Shown here piece after piece: positions 21,586 to 32,065 of a stretch of DNA of 64,000 nucleotides (position 1 is its first letter; each line of letters opens with the position of its first letter). A model generated the notes under the pieces. The model saw only the letters and a program-made list of their open reading frames with translations. It did not search any database and was not told where the DNA came from. Position numbers and translations under genes: made by a program. This DNA comes from Parcubacteria group bacterium M6-OD1-1. GTDB lineage: Bacteria; Patescibacteriota; Minisyncoccia; GWC2-36-17; M10-OD1-4. Where the stretch lies: the NCBI GenBank assembly GCA_003056085.1, contig LSNK01000003.1, positions 2,744 to 66,743 on the forward strand, in the 5' to 3' direction.

Positions 21586-22281
21586 CTATACTTTCATAGA
21601 CTTTACTAAATATTTAACTTTTTTTTCATCTAATTCTGTAAAACTTCTGCTTATCCCGGAGGCAACCAAAAAACAATCCACAAGATCTACGTATTGACTG
21701 ATATTGTCAGCTGTTATGCCGCTTGCGACTGCGATTGGAAAATTCCCAACTGCATCTCGTATAATTTTGAGTTTTTTTGGTTCAGCTGGCATACCAGTCC
21801 CATCACCGCTTGTTGTTATGACATCCACAAACTCCGTTGCAAGCTTTGAAACTCGAGCAAGATCCAGTACTGGCTTTTGGTATTTGAAGGCTACTCCTCC
21901 AAAATAAAGACCATTCCAATCTTGTCTTTTTTCTAGCTCTTTTAGATTTTCTTTAGCATTAGATGCAGAATCCAAAAAACAGTTAATTCCTGCATTATCC
22001 ACCCATAAGCCTGATGCTCCAGACGGAACTTGTCTGATTGCATTTTTTGAATAGAGATCAAGACAATTTAAACCTATCCACCAATTAGGATAAGATTGAC
22101 GAATTATCTGATAAATACTCAATAATTTAACCGCAGACATTCTATGATTAATTAAAAAAACTCCATCCACTTCGGACTCTCTTGCTATCTTAACATTTCT
22201 TAAAGTCTGTTTTTGTGACTCTGCATGAATAACAACAATAAGACTGTTTTTGTTTTTAAACACTTCTTTATAACAAGACAT
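21586..22281 (-). CDS. BtpA/SgcQ-like TIM-barrel protein
   Basis: VVIH..DGVFLIN..IGLNCL..FGGVAFKYQ..TTSGDGTG..ASGITADN; start moved to ATG 22281, which has a GGAG RBS. Confidence 0.7.
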   Translation of the reverse strand: MSCYKEVFKNKNSLIVVIHAESQKQTLRNVKIARESEVDGVFLINHRMSAVKLLSIYQIIRQSYPNWWIGLNCLDLYSKNAIRQVPSGASGLWVDNAGINCFLDSASNAKENLKELEKRQDWNGLYFGGVAFKYQKPVLDLARVSKLATEFVDVITTSGDGTGMPAEPKKLKIIRDAVGNFPIAVASGITADNISQYVDLVDCFLVASGISRSFTELDEKKVKYLVKSMKV

Positions 22282-22411
22282 ATCGGTCTCCTTTTTAAAG
22301 TAAAAAGAACAATACCCACAACATAGCAAATGAATCGCCTCCTGTAAACTAAACTAATTTATTTTAGGATTTAAAAAATCCAAACAAGAATGTTTGGGTT
22401 TTTTAAAATTT

Positions 22412-22486
22412 TGGAGCGGGTAGGGGGAATCGAACCCCCGTCTTATCCATGGCAAGGACATATAATAGCCACTATACGATACCCGC
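22412..22486 (-). tRNA. tRNA-Gly(GCC)
   Basis: GCGGGTA acceptor, TTGCCAT anticodon loop, TCCA end. Confidence 0.93.
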
Positions 22487-22570
22487 TTAGGATATTAATA
22501 GCTTATGGTTATTAGTGATTAGTATAAAAAATTACTAAAAACTATCAACTACAACCTATCTCCTAATTTG

Positions 22571-22646
22571 TGGTGCCCGGGGTGGGAATTGAACCCACGA
22601 CACCACGATTTTCAGTCGTGTGCTCTACCAACTGAGCTACCCGGAC
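22571..22646 (-). tRNA. tRNA-Phe(GAA)
   Basis: CACGA-CTGAAAA-TCGTG, CCA end. Confidence 0.95.
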
Positions 22647-22691
22647 AATTCTCTCATTAAAATTTTAAAACCTTTAATGAGAGGTTAAGTG

Positions 22692-22765
22692 TGCGCGCTG
22701 AGGGATTCGAACCCCCGACCCCCTCGGTGTAAACGAGATGCTCTAGCCAACTGAGCTAAGCGCGC
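22692..22765 (-). tRNA. tRNA-Val(TAC)
   Basis: GCGCGCT acceptor, TTTACAC loop; CCA not encoded. Confidence 0.93.
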
Positions 22766-22810
22766 AAAAAGTATTAATCTACAATATATCACACAAAATC
22801 TCATTATTCA

Positions 22811-22860
22811 ATACAAAATTCTGAATAACTCAACGCGTTGAGTTATTCAGAATTTTGTAT
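22811..22860. repeat. Perfect 50-bp palindrome, ACGCGT centre
   Basis: ATACAAAATTCTGAATAACTCAACG|CGTTGAGTTATTCAGAATTTTGTAT. Confidence 0.95.
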
Positions 22861-22890
22861 ATCTTTTTTGAAATACGAGAATAATAAGTA

Positions 22891-23107
22891 TGGTGCGTTT
22901 ATTGTACCAAACTCGCACTTACTTTCAAAGCAACCACTGACGCACGCTCCGCGTGCGTGGTAATGCGAAACCAAGTCGTACGCTCGTAGAACGCCACAAT
23001 GCCCACCTCCGCTATCGTTACGGCAGAACCTCGCAGAAATTTTCCCTTACAATTTTTCTTTTGTGAGAGCCTTTTTTTTAAAATCTAAAAAGGAAAGGGA
23101 AAATATC
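22891..23107 (+). mobile_element. tRNA-adjacent GC-rich element / att-like remnant, copy A
   Basis: TGGTGCGTTTATTGTACCAAACTCGCACTTACTTTCAAAGCAACCAC aligns with reverse complement of 32668-32440; shared GTGGTAATGCG and CCTCCGCTA blocks. Confidence 0.55.
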
Positions 23108-23121
23108 GACAAGTTCTATTC

Positions 23122-23208
23122 TGGTGCGCGGAAGAGGACTTGAACCTCCAAGGGATTGCTCCCACAAGCCCCTCAAGCTTGCGTGTTTACCGATTTCACC
23201 ACCCGCGC
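23122..23208 (-). tRNA. tRNA-Leu(GAG)
   Basis: CAAGC-TTGAGGG-GCTTG, long variable arm, CCA. Confidence 0.95.
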
Positions 23209-23256
23209 ATAACTTTTTTATTTTACGATTTTAATTTTAAAATAGCAAACTTTTAC

Positions 23257-23304
23257 TTACTCAAAATAAAAATCCCGAGTAATCGGAATTTTTATTTTGA
23301 GTAA
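23257..23304 (-). terminator. Hairpin after rplS
   Basis: TTACTCAAAATAAAAATCCCGA-GTAA-TCGGAATTTTTATTTTGAGTAA. Confidence 0.6.
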
Positions 23305-23305
23305 T

Positions 23306-23800
23306 CTATTTCTCCTCTTTTTTTTCTTCTTTAGACTCTTCTTTAACAACATCCTCTTTGGTTTTTTCAACAACTTCGTTTGTTTTTTGTTCTGCCTTAG
23401 CATCTTCTGATATTTCTTTTTTTGGAGCTTCTTTTATTTCCTCTTCATTTTTTAATTTTCTTTTAACCTCTTTCAGCCTTCCTCTTCTTCCTGTTGCATC
23501 TCTTATGTAATAAATTTTGGCTCTTCTCACTCTTCCGCTTTTCATTATTTCAAGCTTATCAATCACCGGGGAATGGATTGGAAAAATCTTCTCAACACCA
23601 ACACCGGAAGAAACTTTTCTTACTGTAAATGTTCCATTAATTCCATTTCCATGCTTTTTTGCAATAACAAGACCTTCAAAAACCTGAACTCTTTCTTTTG
23701 TTCCTTCTTTAATTTTTTGGTGAACTTTTACGGTATCACCTACTTTTAAGTCAACTTTGTTTTTCAGCTGACTTTCTGTAAATTTTCTTACTTTATCCAT
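23306..23800 (-). CDS. rplS: 50S ribosomal protein L19 with charged C-terminal tail
   Basis: GDTVKVHQKIKEGTKERVQVFEG, GRVRRAKIYY. Confidence 0.97.
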   Translation of the reverse strand: MDKVRKFTESQLKNKVDLKVGDTVKVHQKIKEGTKERVQVFEGLVIAKKHGNGINGTFTVRKVSSGVGVEKIFPIHSPVIDKLEIMKSGRVRRAKIYYIRDATGRRGRLKEVKRKLKNEEEIKEAPKKEISEDAKAEQKTNEVVEKTKEDVVKEESKEEKKEEK

Positions 23801-23906
23801 ATATTTAAAATAGTATTTAAAACAATTAGATTTTGACGGTAAACCTGTTTTTCTAAATAAAATTCCGATGAAAATTATTTGAGAATAGGTCTAACATAGC
23901 AGATTT

Positions 23907-24851
23907 CTACTTATTTTTCAACCCCTCCAAGCACTTTTTTAAATCAACGGGTAAATCAGCAGAAAATTTCATCTTTTCTCCATTTGGCAAAAAAAATGAA
24001 ATCTCAGCTGCATGTAGAAATTGACGCTCAAATGGCAATTTCTGAAATGTTTTTTTTGATGTATATTTCTTATCCCCCACCACAGGATGTCCAATGTATG
24101 CAAAATGAACCCTTATTTGATGCATTCTGCCGGTTTTTGGCATAGCTTCAACCAAAGTAAAGTCGTCAATGTATTTTTTTACTTTAAATTCTGTTTTGGC
24201 TTCTTTTGTCTTTGTGATTTTACCATGCCTTCTTCCCTTCCCTAAAGCAACTTGTTTTGCGCCGGATCTTGCAATGGGTGCCGTTATCTCACCTTTTTTA
24301 TCTTTTATATTTCCAAATACTAAAGCTATGTATTTCTTTTTTAATTTTCTTTCTTTAAATTGATCTTTTAACCAAAAAAATATTTTATTTGTTTTAGCTA
24401 CAACCATAACACCTGATGTTTCTTTATCCAACCTGTGAACTATCCCCGGTCTAAGCTCATCTTCCCCCACATTTTTTATCTTTGGCCACTTTGCCAAAAG
24501 CCCATTTACCAATGTTTCTTTTTTATGAGATTTACTCGGATGAACAACCAAGCCTGCCGGTTTATCTATCACTGCAAAATCTTTATTCTCAAAGATTATT
24601 TTAAATTTTACATCTTTGTCCGGACTTACACTTATCTTTTCAGGGAAACTCAAGCTTACTTTTATATCATCTTTCTCTTTTAGTTTATAGTTTTTTGACA
24701 TTAAAAAACCATTAACCTTAACACCGCCATCTTCTATTAATTTTTGAAGATAACTTCTCGAATATTCTTGAAGTTTTGATGAAAGAAATTTATCAAGACG
24801 AGCTCCCACCTCATTCTCTGATATCTTAAAATCCAAGCTTTTTGTAATCAT
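23907..24851 (-). CDS. rluD: RluA/RluD family pseudouridine synthase with S4 domain
   Basis: RLDKFL, KPAGLVVHP, GIVHRLDKETSG, TGRMHQIRVH. Confidence 0.9.
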   Translation of the reverse strand: MITKSLDFKISENEVGARLDKFLSSKLQEYSRSYLQKLIEDGGVKVNGFLMSKNYKLKEKDDIKVSLSFPEKISVSPDKDVKFKIIFENKDFAVIDKPAGLVVHPSKSHKKETLVNGLLAKWPKIKNVGEDELRPGIVHRLDKETSGVMVVAKTNKIFFWLKDQFKERKLKKKYIALVFGNIKDKKGEITAPIARSGAKQVALGKGRRHGKITKTKEAKTEFKVKKYIDDFTLVEAMPKTGRMHQIRVHFAYIGHPVVGDKKYTSKKTFQKLPFERQFLHAAEISFFLPNGEKMKFSADLPVDLKKCLEGLKNK

Positions 24852-25818
24852 ATTTCATAGCCTTTCTTACTTCCTTAAGAGTTTTTTCCGCCTCTTCGGA
24901 AGCCTTCTCTGTTCCTTCTTTTAAAATTTGAGATATATATTTTTCATCTTTTTCAAATTCTTTTCTTTTTTCTCTTATTGGATCCAAAAATTTATTTATT
25001 ACATCAGAAAGCCCTTCTTTAAACTCTTTGTACCCCAAACCTTCGTATTTTTTTTCTATATCTTTTATATCTTTTCCGGAAAAAAGATGATACATCATAA
25101 GCAAGTTTGCTAAAGCTAACCTCTTGTCTTTGTCGTAAACTATATCTTTTTTTGAATCTGTTACCGCTTTTTTTATTTTTTTAATAACTTCATCTTTTGA
25201 ATCCGATAAAAACACTGCATTATTTCTGGATTTTGACATTTTATTTTCTGCATCAAGACCCATAAGTCTTGGAGATTTTGAAATTAGAGCTTTTGGCATT
25301 TTAAATACTTCGCCAAATGTATTATTAAAAGTTTTTACCACATCTCTTGTTTGCTCTATGTGCGGTAACTGATCTTCTCCGACTGGAATTAAGTCAGCAT
25401 TAAAAGCTAATATATCAGCGGCTTGTGAGACAGGCATATTAAGCATCCCTAAAGACATCTTCCCCCCGGCAGTTGCCTGAACCTCTTCTTTTATAGTAGG
25501 ATTTTGCTGGGCGCGAGAAACTGTTACCAACATAGAAATATAAACAAAAAGCTCTGATAGCTGAGGAACTTTTGATTGTATAAATATATTTGTCTTTTTT
25601 GGATCTAAGCCGACCGATAAATAATCCAAGACTAATTCCCTAATATTTTCTTCAACCTCATCTGTTTCCATTCTGTCTGTAAGCACCTGAAAATCAGCTA
25701 TGATGTTAAACATTTCATAATCTTCATTTTGCAGTTTAATTCTGTTTTGGAGCGAACCGACATAGTGCCCCAAGTGTAAAGGACCAGTTGGTCTATCGCC
25801 TGTTAAAATTCTTTTCAT
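24826..25818 (-). CDS. trpS: Tryptophan--tRNA ligase
   Basis: TGDRPTGPLHLGH, PVGEDQLPH, KMSKS. Confidence 0.97.
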   Translation of the reverse strand: MKRILTGDRPTGPLHLGHYVGSLQNRIKLQNEDYEMFNIIADFQVLTDRMETDEVEENIRELVLDYLSVGLDPKKTNIFIQSKVPQLSELFVYISMLVTVSRAQQNPTIKEEVQATAGGKMSLGMLNMPVSQAADILAFNADLIPVGEDQLPHIEQTRDVVKTFNNTFGEVFKMPKALISKSPRLMGLDAENKMSKSRNNAVFLSDSKDEVIKKIKKAVTDSKKDIVYDKDKRLALANLLMMYHLFSGKDIKDIEKKYEGLGYKEFKEGLSDVINKFLDPIREKRKEFEKDEKYISQILKEGTEKASEEAEKTLKEVRKAMKYDYKKLGF

Positions 25819-25828
25819 ATTTTAAATA

Positions 25829-26644
25829 TTAACTTTTATTATACCACTTCCAGACATACTTCAGATAACTATATATATGAACTCTTGTCAACTCACTTTT
25901 AAAAACATCAAAAAAACCAAGACCGTTATAAGAACCTCTCATATGATGATGGATAAACTCAGCCATCGGATAATAAACAACCCTAAAACCATTTTTTTTA
26001 AATCTCCTGCAAAGATCAACATCTTCAAAATACATAAAAAATCTATCATCAAAATAAGTGCCAACTTTATTTAATCTGCTTCTTTTCATTAAAAATGCTG
26101 AACCCATAAGCCAATCAACTTCCAATGGCTCTTTTACATTTTTTTTATCTTCGTATTTAAACCTATTTATTGCCTTTTTTCCGATGTTGGTTTTCCCAAA
26201 AAGAGTTCTTCTCGCCAAGACAGTCATAAATGTATAATTTCTAAAATAGTTTTGCTGGAAAGATGCGTCTTTATTTGTAAGTCTTGGGCTTAATACTCCT
26301 ACATCTTCATTTTTTTTAAGATAATCCATCATTTCAGAAATATTACTGCTTCTTTTTTTAAAAAGAATATCCGCATTTATAATAAAGATGTAATCTCCAT
26401 TCGTTTCTTTTATTACAGGATTTACTATTTTTGAAAAACCTAAATTATCTTTATTTTTGATGAACCTCACTTCCGGATATTCTTTCTCCATTTCAGAAAT
26501 CTTTTTAAAATCGGTATTGCTGTCTGCAACAGAAACATCATAATCAATGTCTTCTATATTTTTTTTTATAGAATCCAAACACATCCTCAATATTTCATGA
26601 GTTTTGTAATGGGTTACTATTATGTTTAAGATTTTCTGATTCAT
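25829..26644 (-). CDS. GT2 glycosyltransferase (rhamnosyltransferase-like)
   Basis: NLGF, INAD, DWLMGS, FFMYFEDVDLC. Confidence 0.9.
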   Translation of the reverse strand: MNQKILNIIVTHYKTHEILRMCLDSIKKNIEDIDYDVSVADSNTDFKKISEMEKEYPEVRFIKNKDNLGFSKIVNPVIKETNGDYIFIINADILFKKRSSNISEMMDYLKKNEDVGVLSPRLTNKDASFQQNYFRNYTFMTVLARRTLFGKTNIGKKAINRFKYEDKKNVKEPLEVDWLMGSAFLMKRSRLNKVGTYFDDRFFMYFEDVDLCRRFKKNGFRVVYYPMAEFIHHHMRGSYNGLGFFDVFKSELTRVHIYSYLKYVWKWYNKS

Positions 26645-26650
26645 TTTAAA

Positions 26651-27376
26651 CTAATTTTTATTTAAGAAGATGTCTCTTGCTATTTTATTTGCTTCAAACA
26701 AAGATTCAAATGTCCCGGCATCTGTCCAAGCTCCTTTCAATAAAGAAAAATTCATCAACTTTTCTTTAATATAAAAATTATTTACATCTGTTATTTCAAG
26801 CTCCCCCCTTTCTGAAAGAGAAAGTTTTTTTACAAAATTAAACACATTATTATCATACATATAAAGTCCGGCAACCGCTAAATTTGTTTTTGGATTTTTC
26901 GGTTTTTCTTCCACATTTACAATATATCCCTCATTAATCTCCGCAACACCAAATCTATTTGCATCCTCAACTTCTTTTAAGAAAACTTTGGCTCCATTTT
27001 TTTGTTTTTCAAATTCTAAAACTGCCTCTGTTATATCATCTTCAAAAATATTATCTCCCAAAATAACCGTGATTTTATCATTTCCGGCAAAATCTTCACA
27101 TAAACTTAAAGCATCTGCCACACCAAGAGCTTCTTTTTGAACCCCATAAGACAATTTTACATTAAATTCTTCCCCAGAACCAAGTAAATCCAAAAAATGC
27201 CCTGTATGATTGTCACTGGAAATTATCATAATATCATCTATGCCGGCTTTTGCTAAAGTATTTAAAGGATAATAAATCATCGGATACTTATATATCGGCA
27301 AAAGATGTTTGTTTGTAACTTTTGTTAAGGGGTGAAGCCTGCTTCCCGTACCACCCGCTAAAATAATTCCTTTCAT
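26651..27376 (-). CDS. rfbA: Glucose-1-phosphate thymidylyltransferase (short form)
   Basis: MKGIILAGGTGSRLHPLT, RGELEITDVN, WTDAGT. Confidence 0.9.
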   Translation of the reverse strand: MKGIILAGGTGSRLHPLTKVTNKHLLPIYKYPMIYYPLNTLAKAGIDDIMIISSDNHTGHFLDLLGSGEEFNVKLSYGVQKEALGVADALSLCEDFAGNDKITVILGDNIFEDDITEAVLEFEKQKNGAKVFLKEVEDANRFGVAEINEGYIVNVEEKPKNPKTNLAVAGLYMYDNNVFNFVKKLSLSERGELEITDVNNFYIKEKLMNFSLLKGAWTDAGTFESLFEANKIARDIFLNKN

Positions 27377-27413
27377 ATTTTTTAAAAACCTACTCTTAGA
27401 AAATAGTTTATGT

Positions 27414-28244
27414 CTATTGTGTGGGAGTTGGTTTATATTTTTTTAATATTTCTTTTACAGCTTTGTGTATTTCCGGAATTTCTATTCCTTCATTTTTTAG
27501 CTTATCAGTATTTAAAACACAATTTGACCTTCCTGCTTTTGTATTTAAATCTTCTGTGTTTATTATTTGATACCTAAATTCCTGGTCAACCAACTCCTTA
27601 TACATTTCCAATATTTCTTTATGTGTTATGCTTCCAGGATTTGTAACGTTGTATATTCCTGTTTTTCTCTTTTTTACAAGCTGAATTACGGCAAATATCA
27701 AATCGTCAATAACCGTCATAGAATTTGGTTCATTTATGACTTTTTTGTAATTTGTTATCTTGGTGATAAAATTTCTGGGACCGCTCTCACTATCAAGAGG
27801 CATCCTTAAACGCGCCTGAAGAACCTGAAAATTATTTAACATATATTCTGAAACAAATTTAGTTAAAGAATAAAAACTCGGCATAGATGCAATTTCCGGA
27901 ACATCATCCTCAGAAAATCCTTTCCCATCATTATCACCCTGATATATGCAGCCGGAGCCCAAATGAACCATAAAAATATCTTTTTCAAAACATACTTTTG
28001 CAAGGACTAAAGGACCGGTAAGATTTGAATACATCGTCTCATCTTTATTGTCCTCACACCAATCAATGTTTGGTTTTCCTGTTTTCCCGGCGCAGTTTAT
28101 TACAATTTCCGGTTTTTTATCTTCTAAAACATTTCTTAATTTTTCTATATTTCCTATATCAACAGAAGCTACCTCAGCTTCATCTGCTAAAAAATCCTTA
28201 AACTTATTTCCCAAATAACCATTTCCAAATATTAAATACTTCAT
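27414..28244 (-). CDS. NDP-4-keto-6-deoxyglucose 3,5-epimerase/4-reductase (NRS/ER-like; RmlD superfamily)
   Basis: GNGYLG, AGKTGKPNIDWCE, GCIY, SFYSLTK, RLRMP, RNFITKI, RSNCVL. Confidence 0.8.
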   Translation of the reverse strand: MKYLIFGNGYLGNKFKDFLADEAEVASVDIGNIEKLRNVLEDKKPEIVINCAGKTGKPNIDWCEDNKDETMYSNLTGPLVLAKVCFEKDIFMVHLGSGCIYQGDNDGKGFSEDDVPEIASMPSFYSLTKFVSEYMLNNFQVLQARLRMPLDSESGPRNFITKITNYKKVINEPNSMTVIDDLIFAVIQLVKKRKTGIYNVTNPGSITHKEILEMYKELVDQEFRYQIINTEDLNTKAGRSNCVLNTDKLKNEGIEIPEIHKAVKEILKKYKPTPTQ

Positions 28245-28248
28245 TTTT

Positions 28249-29205
28249 TTAAATATTAATTTTACCGTCTTTATACCAATCTATCGTTTTTTTTATTCCC
28301 TCCTCAAAAGAAATTTCCGGCTCCCAACCAAACTCTTTTTTTGCTCTTGAAAAATCTATGGCATACCTTCTGTCATGTCCCGGTCTGTCATCCACAAACT
28401 TTTTTAAGCTTTCCGGTTTTTCCAAAAGCTTCAAAATTGTATCTGCCATTTCTATTGCATTTATTTCAGTATTTCCGCCAAAACAATAACTTTCTCCTAT
28501 TTTACCATTATGTAAAACCAAGTCTACACCACGACAATGATCTTTGACAAATAGATAATCTCTCACGCACTTTCCATCTCCATAAATAGGCAATCGCTTG
28601 TCTCTTAAAGCATTCAGTATAAAAAGAGGTATTATTTTTTCTGAAAATTGAAAAGGACCATAATTGTTTGAACAATTTGATATTGTTATCGGTAAATTAT
28701 AAGTATGATAATACACCCTAACTAAATGATCCGATGATGCCTTGGAAGCGGAATAAGGACTTCTTGGGTCATAAGGAGAATTTTCATCAAACTTACTTCC
28801 GTTTAAATCTAAAGCGCCGAAAACCTCATCGGTGGATATATGATGAAATCTTTTTTTATTATTTTTTAAAGCCGCTTTAAGAAGGGTGTGTGTTCCTATT
28901 ATGTTCGTTTTAAGAAATATATCCGGTTCTTCTATGCTATTGTCAACATGGCTTTCTGCAGCAAAATGAACAATTATATCACTTTCGGAAACTATTTTAT
29001 CTACTAAACTTTCGTCACATATATCGCCTTTTATAAACTGATATCTATCTTTAAATTTTTCTTCTGCTTCTTTAAGATTTTTAAGATTAGCGGCATAAGT
29101 TAACTTATCCAAATTTACAATTTTGTAATTTGAATATTTTTTGAGCATATATAAGATAAAATTAGAACCTATAAAGCCGGCTCCTCCTGTTACTAATATT
29201 TTCAT
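28249..29205 (-). CDS. rfbB: dTDP-glucose 4,6-dehydratase
   Basis: TGGAGFIGSNF, FAAESHVD, STDEVFG, PYSASKA, RPGHDRRY. Confidence 0.96.
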   Translation of the reverse strand: MKILVTGGAGFIGSNFILYMLKKYSNYKIVNLDKLTYAANLKNLKEAEEKFKDRYQFIKGDICDESLVDKIVSESDIIVHFAAESHVDNSIEEPDIFLKTNIIGTHTLLKAALKNNKKRFHHISTDEVFGALDLNGSKFDENSPYDPRSPYSASKASSDHLVRVYYHTYNLPITISNCSNNYGPFQFSEKIIPLFILNALRDKRLPIYGDGKCVRDYLFVKDHCRGVDLVLHNGKIGESYCFGGNTEINAIEMADTILKLLEKPESLKKFVDDRPGHDRRYAIDFSRAKKEFGWEPEISFEEGIKKTIDWYKDGKINI

Positions 29206-29209
29206 AATG

Positions 29210-30136
29210 TTATTTTTTAAACTTTCCGAAATTTCCCTTGTAAAAATCTTCTATGCCCCGCATTATCATTTGAGCCGATTTTCTTTTTTTGGAGATTACA
29301 GCAAATTTTAATATTTGCTTCAAATAAAGATAAAAACTCCAAAAATATACTCCCCACAAAACAATTAATGGCGCGTTTCTTTTAGAAAGTAAAATTGCAT
29401 TTCTAACATGATAATAATGAACTTCAGGACGCGTCATAGCTTTAAATGTGGAACGCGAAACTTTATGCCAAATATGCGCTGAAGGAACATATAAAAGTTC
29501 AAACCCTGCATTTTTTGCCCTTAAACTAAAATCAGTATCTTCATAATACATAAAAAAACTTTCTTCCAAATACCCTATCTTTTCAATAACTTCTTTTTTT
29601 ATAAGCATCGCGCATCCGGAAACATATTGAGTTTTTTTTATTTTACTCTCTTTAGGATTTTTATCCACTTCTTCATACTGTAAAGGTCTGCCTCCACCCA
29701 TCCATGAAAATTTGCAAACTGCATGCCATATAACATTTGGTTTATCATAAAAATATATTTTTGGAGCCAAAATTCCGCTTTTTTTATTATTTTCCGCCAC
29801 TTCAATGAGCTTGTCCAAAAAATCTTCTTTTACCTCCGTGTCATTATTTAAAAGCAAAAAGTAGTCAAACTCATCTTTAAATGCTTTTTTCAATGCAATG
29901 TTGTTTCCTGCGCTAAAACCCGTATTTTCCTGATTTTTTATAAATTCTATTTTTAAATCAGAATTTTTTAAACAATACTCTTCTAAAATATCTTGAGACT
30001 TCTTCTCTGAATTATTATCAACTAAAAAAATCTTATAATTAGGATAATTAATCCTCTTTAAACTTTCTATACACGAAATAGTATCTTCTTCTCCATTCCA
30101 ATTTAAAATAATAATAGCGACAGAATGATAATTCAT
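29210..30136 (-). CDS. GT2 glycosyltransferase
   Basis: IILNWNG, NTGFSAGNN, LLNNDT, FFMYYEDTD. Confidence 0.9.
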   Translation of the reverse strand: MNYHSVAIIILNWNGEEDTISCIESLKRINYPNYKIFLVDNNSEKKSQDILEEYCLKNSDLKIEFIKNQENTGFSAGNNIALKKAFKDEFDYFLLLNNDTEVKEDFLDKLIEVAENNKKSGILAPKIYFYDKPNVIWHAVCKFSWMGGGRPLQYEEVDKNPKESKIKKTQYVSGCAMLIKKEVIEKIGYLEESFFMYYEDTDFSLRAKNAGFELLYVPSAHIWHKVSRSTFKAMTRPEVHYYHVRNAILLSKRNAPLIVLWGVYFWSFYLYLKQILKFAVISKKRKSAQMIMRGIEDFYKGNFGKFKK

Positions 30137-30145
30137 TTTAAAATT

Positions 30146-31351
30146 TTAAATTTTTATCTTCAAAAACCTTCTTTTTCCAACTTGAATTATTTCTCCACCC
30201 TTAAATAATACAACATTTTCTTTTGTATCTTTATGAACTTCATCATTTATTTTCACTCCTCCCTGCTCTATTAAGCGTCTTGCATCCGACTTGCTTTTTG
30301 CAAGTTTTGTTTCTGCGAGAAGCTCGGCAAGAGAAATTTCTTTTTTAGAAAGTTTGTATTCTTCAACATCCGTTGGTATTTCTTTTTTTGAAAAAACTTT
30401 TATAAATTCTTCTTTTGCTTTTTCCCCGGCTTTTTTTGAATGATAAATACCGACGATTGTTTCTGCTAATTCCAACTTAATATCTCTTGGGTTTTCACCG
30501 CTTTTTAATCTTTCCGAAATCTTTTTTATTTCATTCTGTGTCGCTTCAGTACAGAGCAGGAAATATTTTTCTATTTGGAAATCTTGTATTAACATTACCT
30601 TTTCAAAAATTGAAAATGGTTTTTCTCCGATACTAATATAATTTCCAATACTTTTTGACATTTTTTTAACACCATCAGTTCCTTCAAGCAAAGGAGTGGT
30701 TAATATATCCTGCTCTGGCATGTTGTAATGTCTTTGCACCCTTCTACCCATTAAAAGATTAAAAAGCTGATCAGTTCCTCCAATTTCAACATCGGCTTTT
30801 ATTTTAACGGAATCATATCCTTGAAATAAAGGATACAGTGTTTCAGTCAGTGTTATATCATTCCCTTCTTTAATTCGTTTTTTAAAATCTGATCTCCTCA
30901 AAATCTGCTGAATACTTCCTGCCATTGAGAGTTGAAACATCGTCTCTACTCCCTCTTTTAAAAACCATTCGCTATTGTAATGCACCTCTACTTTTTTTAA
31001 ATCTAATATTTTTTCTGCATGTTCTAAATAATTTTCCATATTCTTTTTGATTTCCTTATCAGTCAGTGGTTTTCTCATTTCATTTCTACCGGTAGGATCA
31101 CCTATTTTTGCAGTAAAATCACCTATTATTAATACAACTTTATGTCCAAGATCTTGAAACTGTTTTAATTTTCTCAATGGAACAGAATGTCCAAGATGTA
31201 AGTCAGGAGCAGTAGGGTCCACACCAAACTTTATCCTTAATTGTTTTTTAGAAAGCAAAGCATTTTTTAAATGCTCCTTTTCTATAACATCCTCCACGCC
31301 ACGAAAAAGGACTTCATCTATTATTTTTTCATCAGTAATTATTTTAGACAT
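30146..31351 (-). CDS. tyrS: Tyrosine--tRNA ligase
   Basis: GVDPTAPDLHLGH, GGTDQLFN, KMSKS, C-terminal S4 domain. Confidence 0.97.
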   Translation of the reverse strand: MSKIITDEKIIDEVLFRGVEDVIEKEHLKNALLSKKQLRIKFGVDPTAPDLHLGHSVPLRKLKQFQDLGHKVVLIIGDFTAKIGDPTGRNEMRKPLTDKEIKKNMENYLEHAEKILDLKKVEVHYNSEWFLKEGVETMFQLSMAGSIQQILRRSDFKKRIKEGNDITLTETLYPLFQGYDSVKIKADVEIGGTDQLFNLLMGRRVQRHYNMPEQDILTTPLLEGTDGVKKMSKSIGNYISIGEKPFSIFEKVMLIQDFQIEKYFLLCTEATQNEIKKISERLKSGENPRDIKLELAETIVGIYHSKKAGEKAKEEFIKVFSKKEIPTDVEEYKLSKKEISLAELLAETKLAKSKSDARRLIEQGGVKINDEVHKDTKENVVLFKGGEIIQVGKRRFLKIKI

Positions 31352-31461
31352 ACATTTAAATTAACATATTTAAATGCTTAAAATCAAATATATAAAACTC
31401 CTTAAATTTAAAATAAGGAGTTTTATGTGCCTCTATTTTACCAAATCCGAACCTATTTTCA

Positions 31462-31688
31462 AAACAAACACCGCACGAAAGATAAAAGAAAGATTTCCCA
31501 TTCTTAAAAAACACTACTGGGGTACAGATAGTCTTTGGTCGGCAGGCTACTTTGTTTCTACCGTTGGAATTACCACGGATACAATTAAACGTTATATTGC
31601 AAAACAAGGAGACCTTGATACAGGTCAAACAGCTACTCTGTTTGACTGACGGTGATACCCTGCGGCGTTAGCCTAGGGTAGTTCATTA
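31462..31688 (+). mobile_element. tnpA: IS200/IS605 TnpA C-terminal fragment with probable right end
   Basis: NTARKIKERFP..LWSAGYFVSTVG..IKRYIAKQ; N-terminal HUH half missing; followed by TACCCT..AGGGTA-GTTCA hairpin end. Confidence 0.8.
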
Positions 31689-32065
31689 TGAATTGTGCCA
31701 AACTATCGGATGGTACAAGCAGATTGTCTTGCACTTATCCCACCCAACGCATGCAAATTTGCTCCCTTTATTTTATTCAAAATTCACAATTTTGTTGTGA
31801 GTAGTTTTAAGTGGCTATAATAGAACAATTCCACAATTTGTCCTATTAACTCAATTTTAGTGGATAAAAAATGTATCATTTCCAAAACCAATTTCTGGGT
31901 CTATTTTTTTCATTGTTTAATTTTAGCAGAGTTTTGAATTTGGACAAAAGAAAAGGACCTTAGCATATTGCCTCGGTCCTTTGAGTTGAACTCTATACCT
32001 CATGAGTGGAATACCTTTACTGCTCAGATTTTCTTTACTCAAGACACGAACCCAACCGATTTCCG

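Noticed and set aside
31356-31628. 90-aa minus-strand ORF upstream of tyrS
   Set aside because: Antisense to the recognisable TnpA fragment
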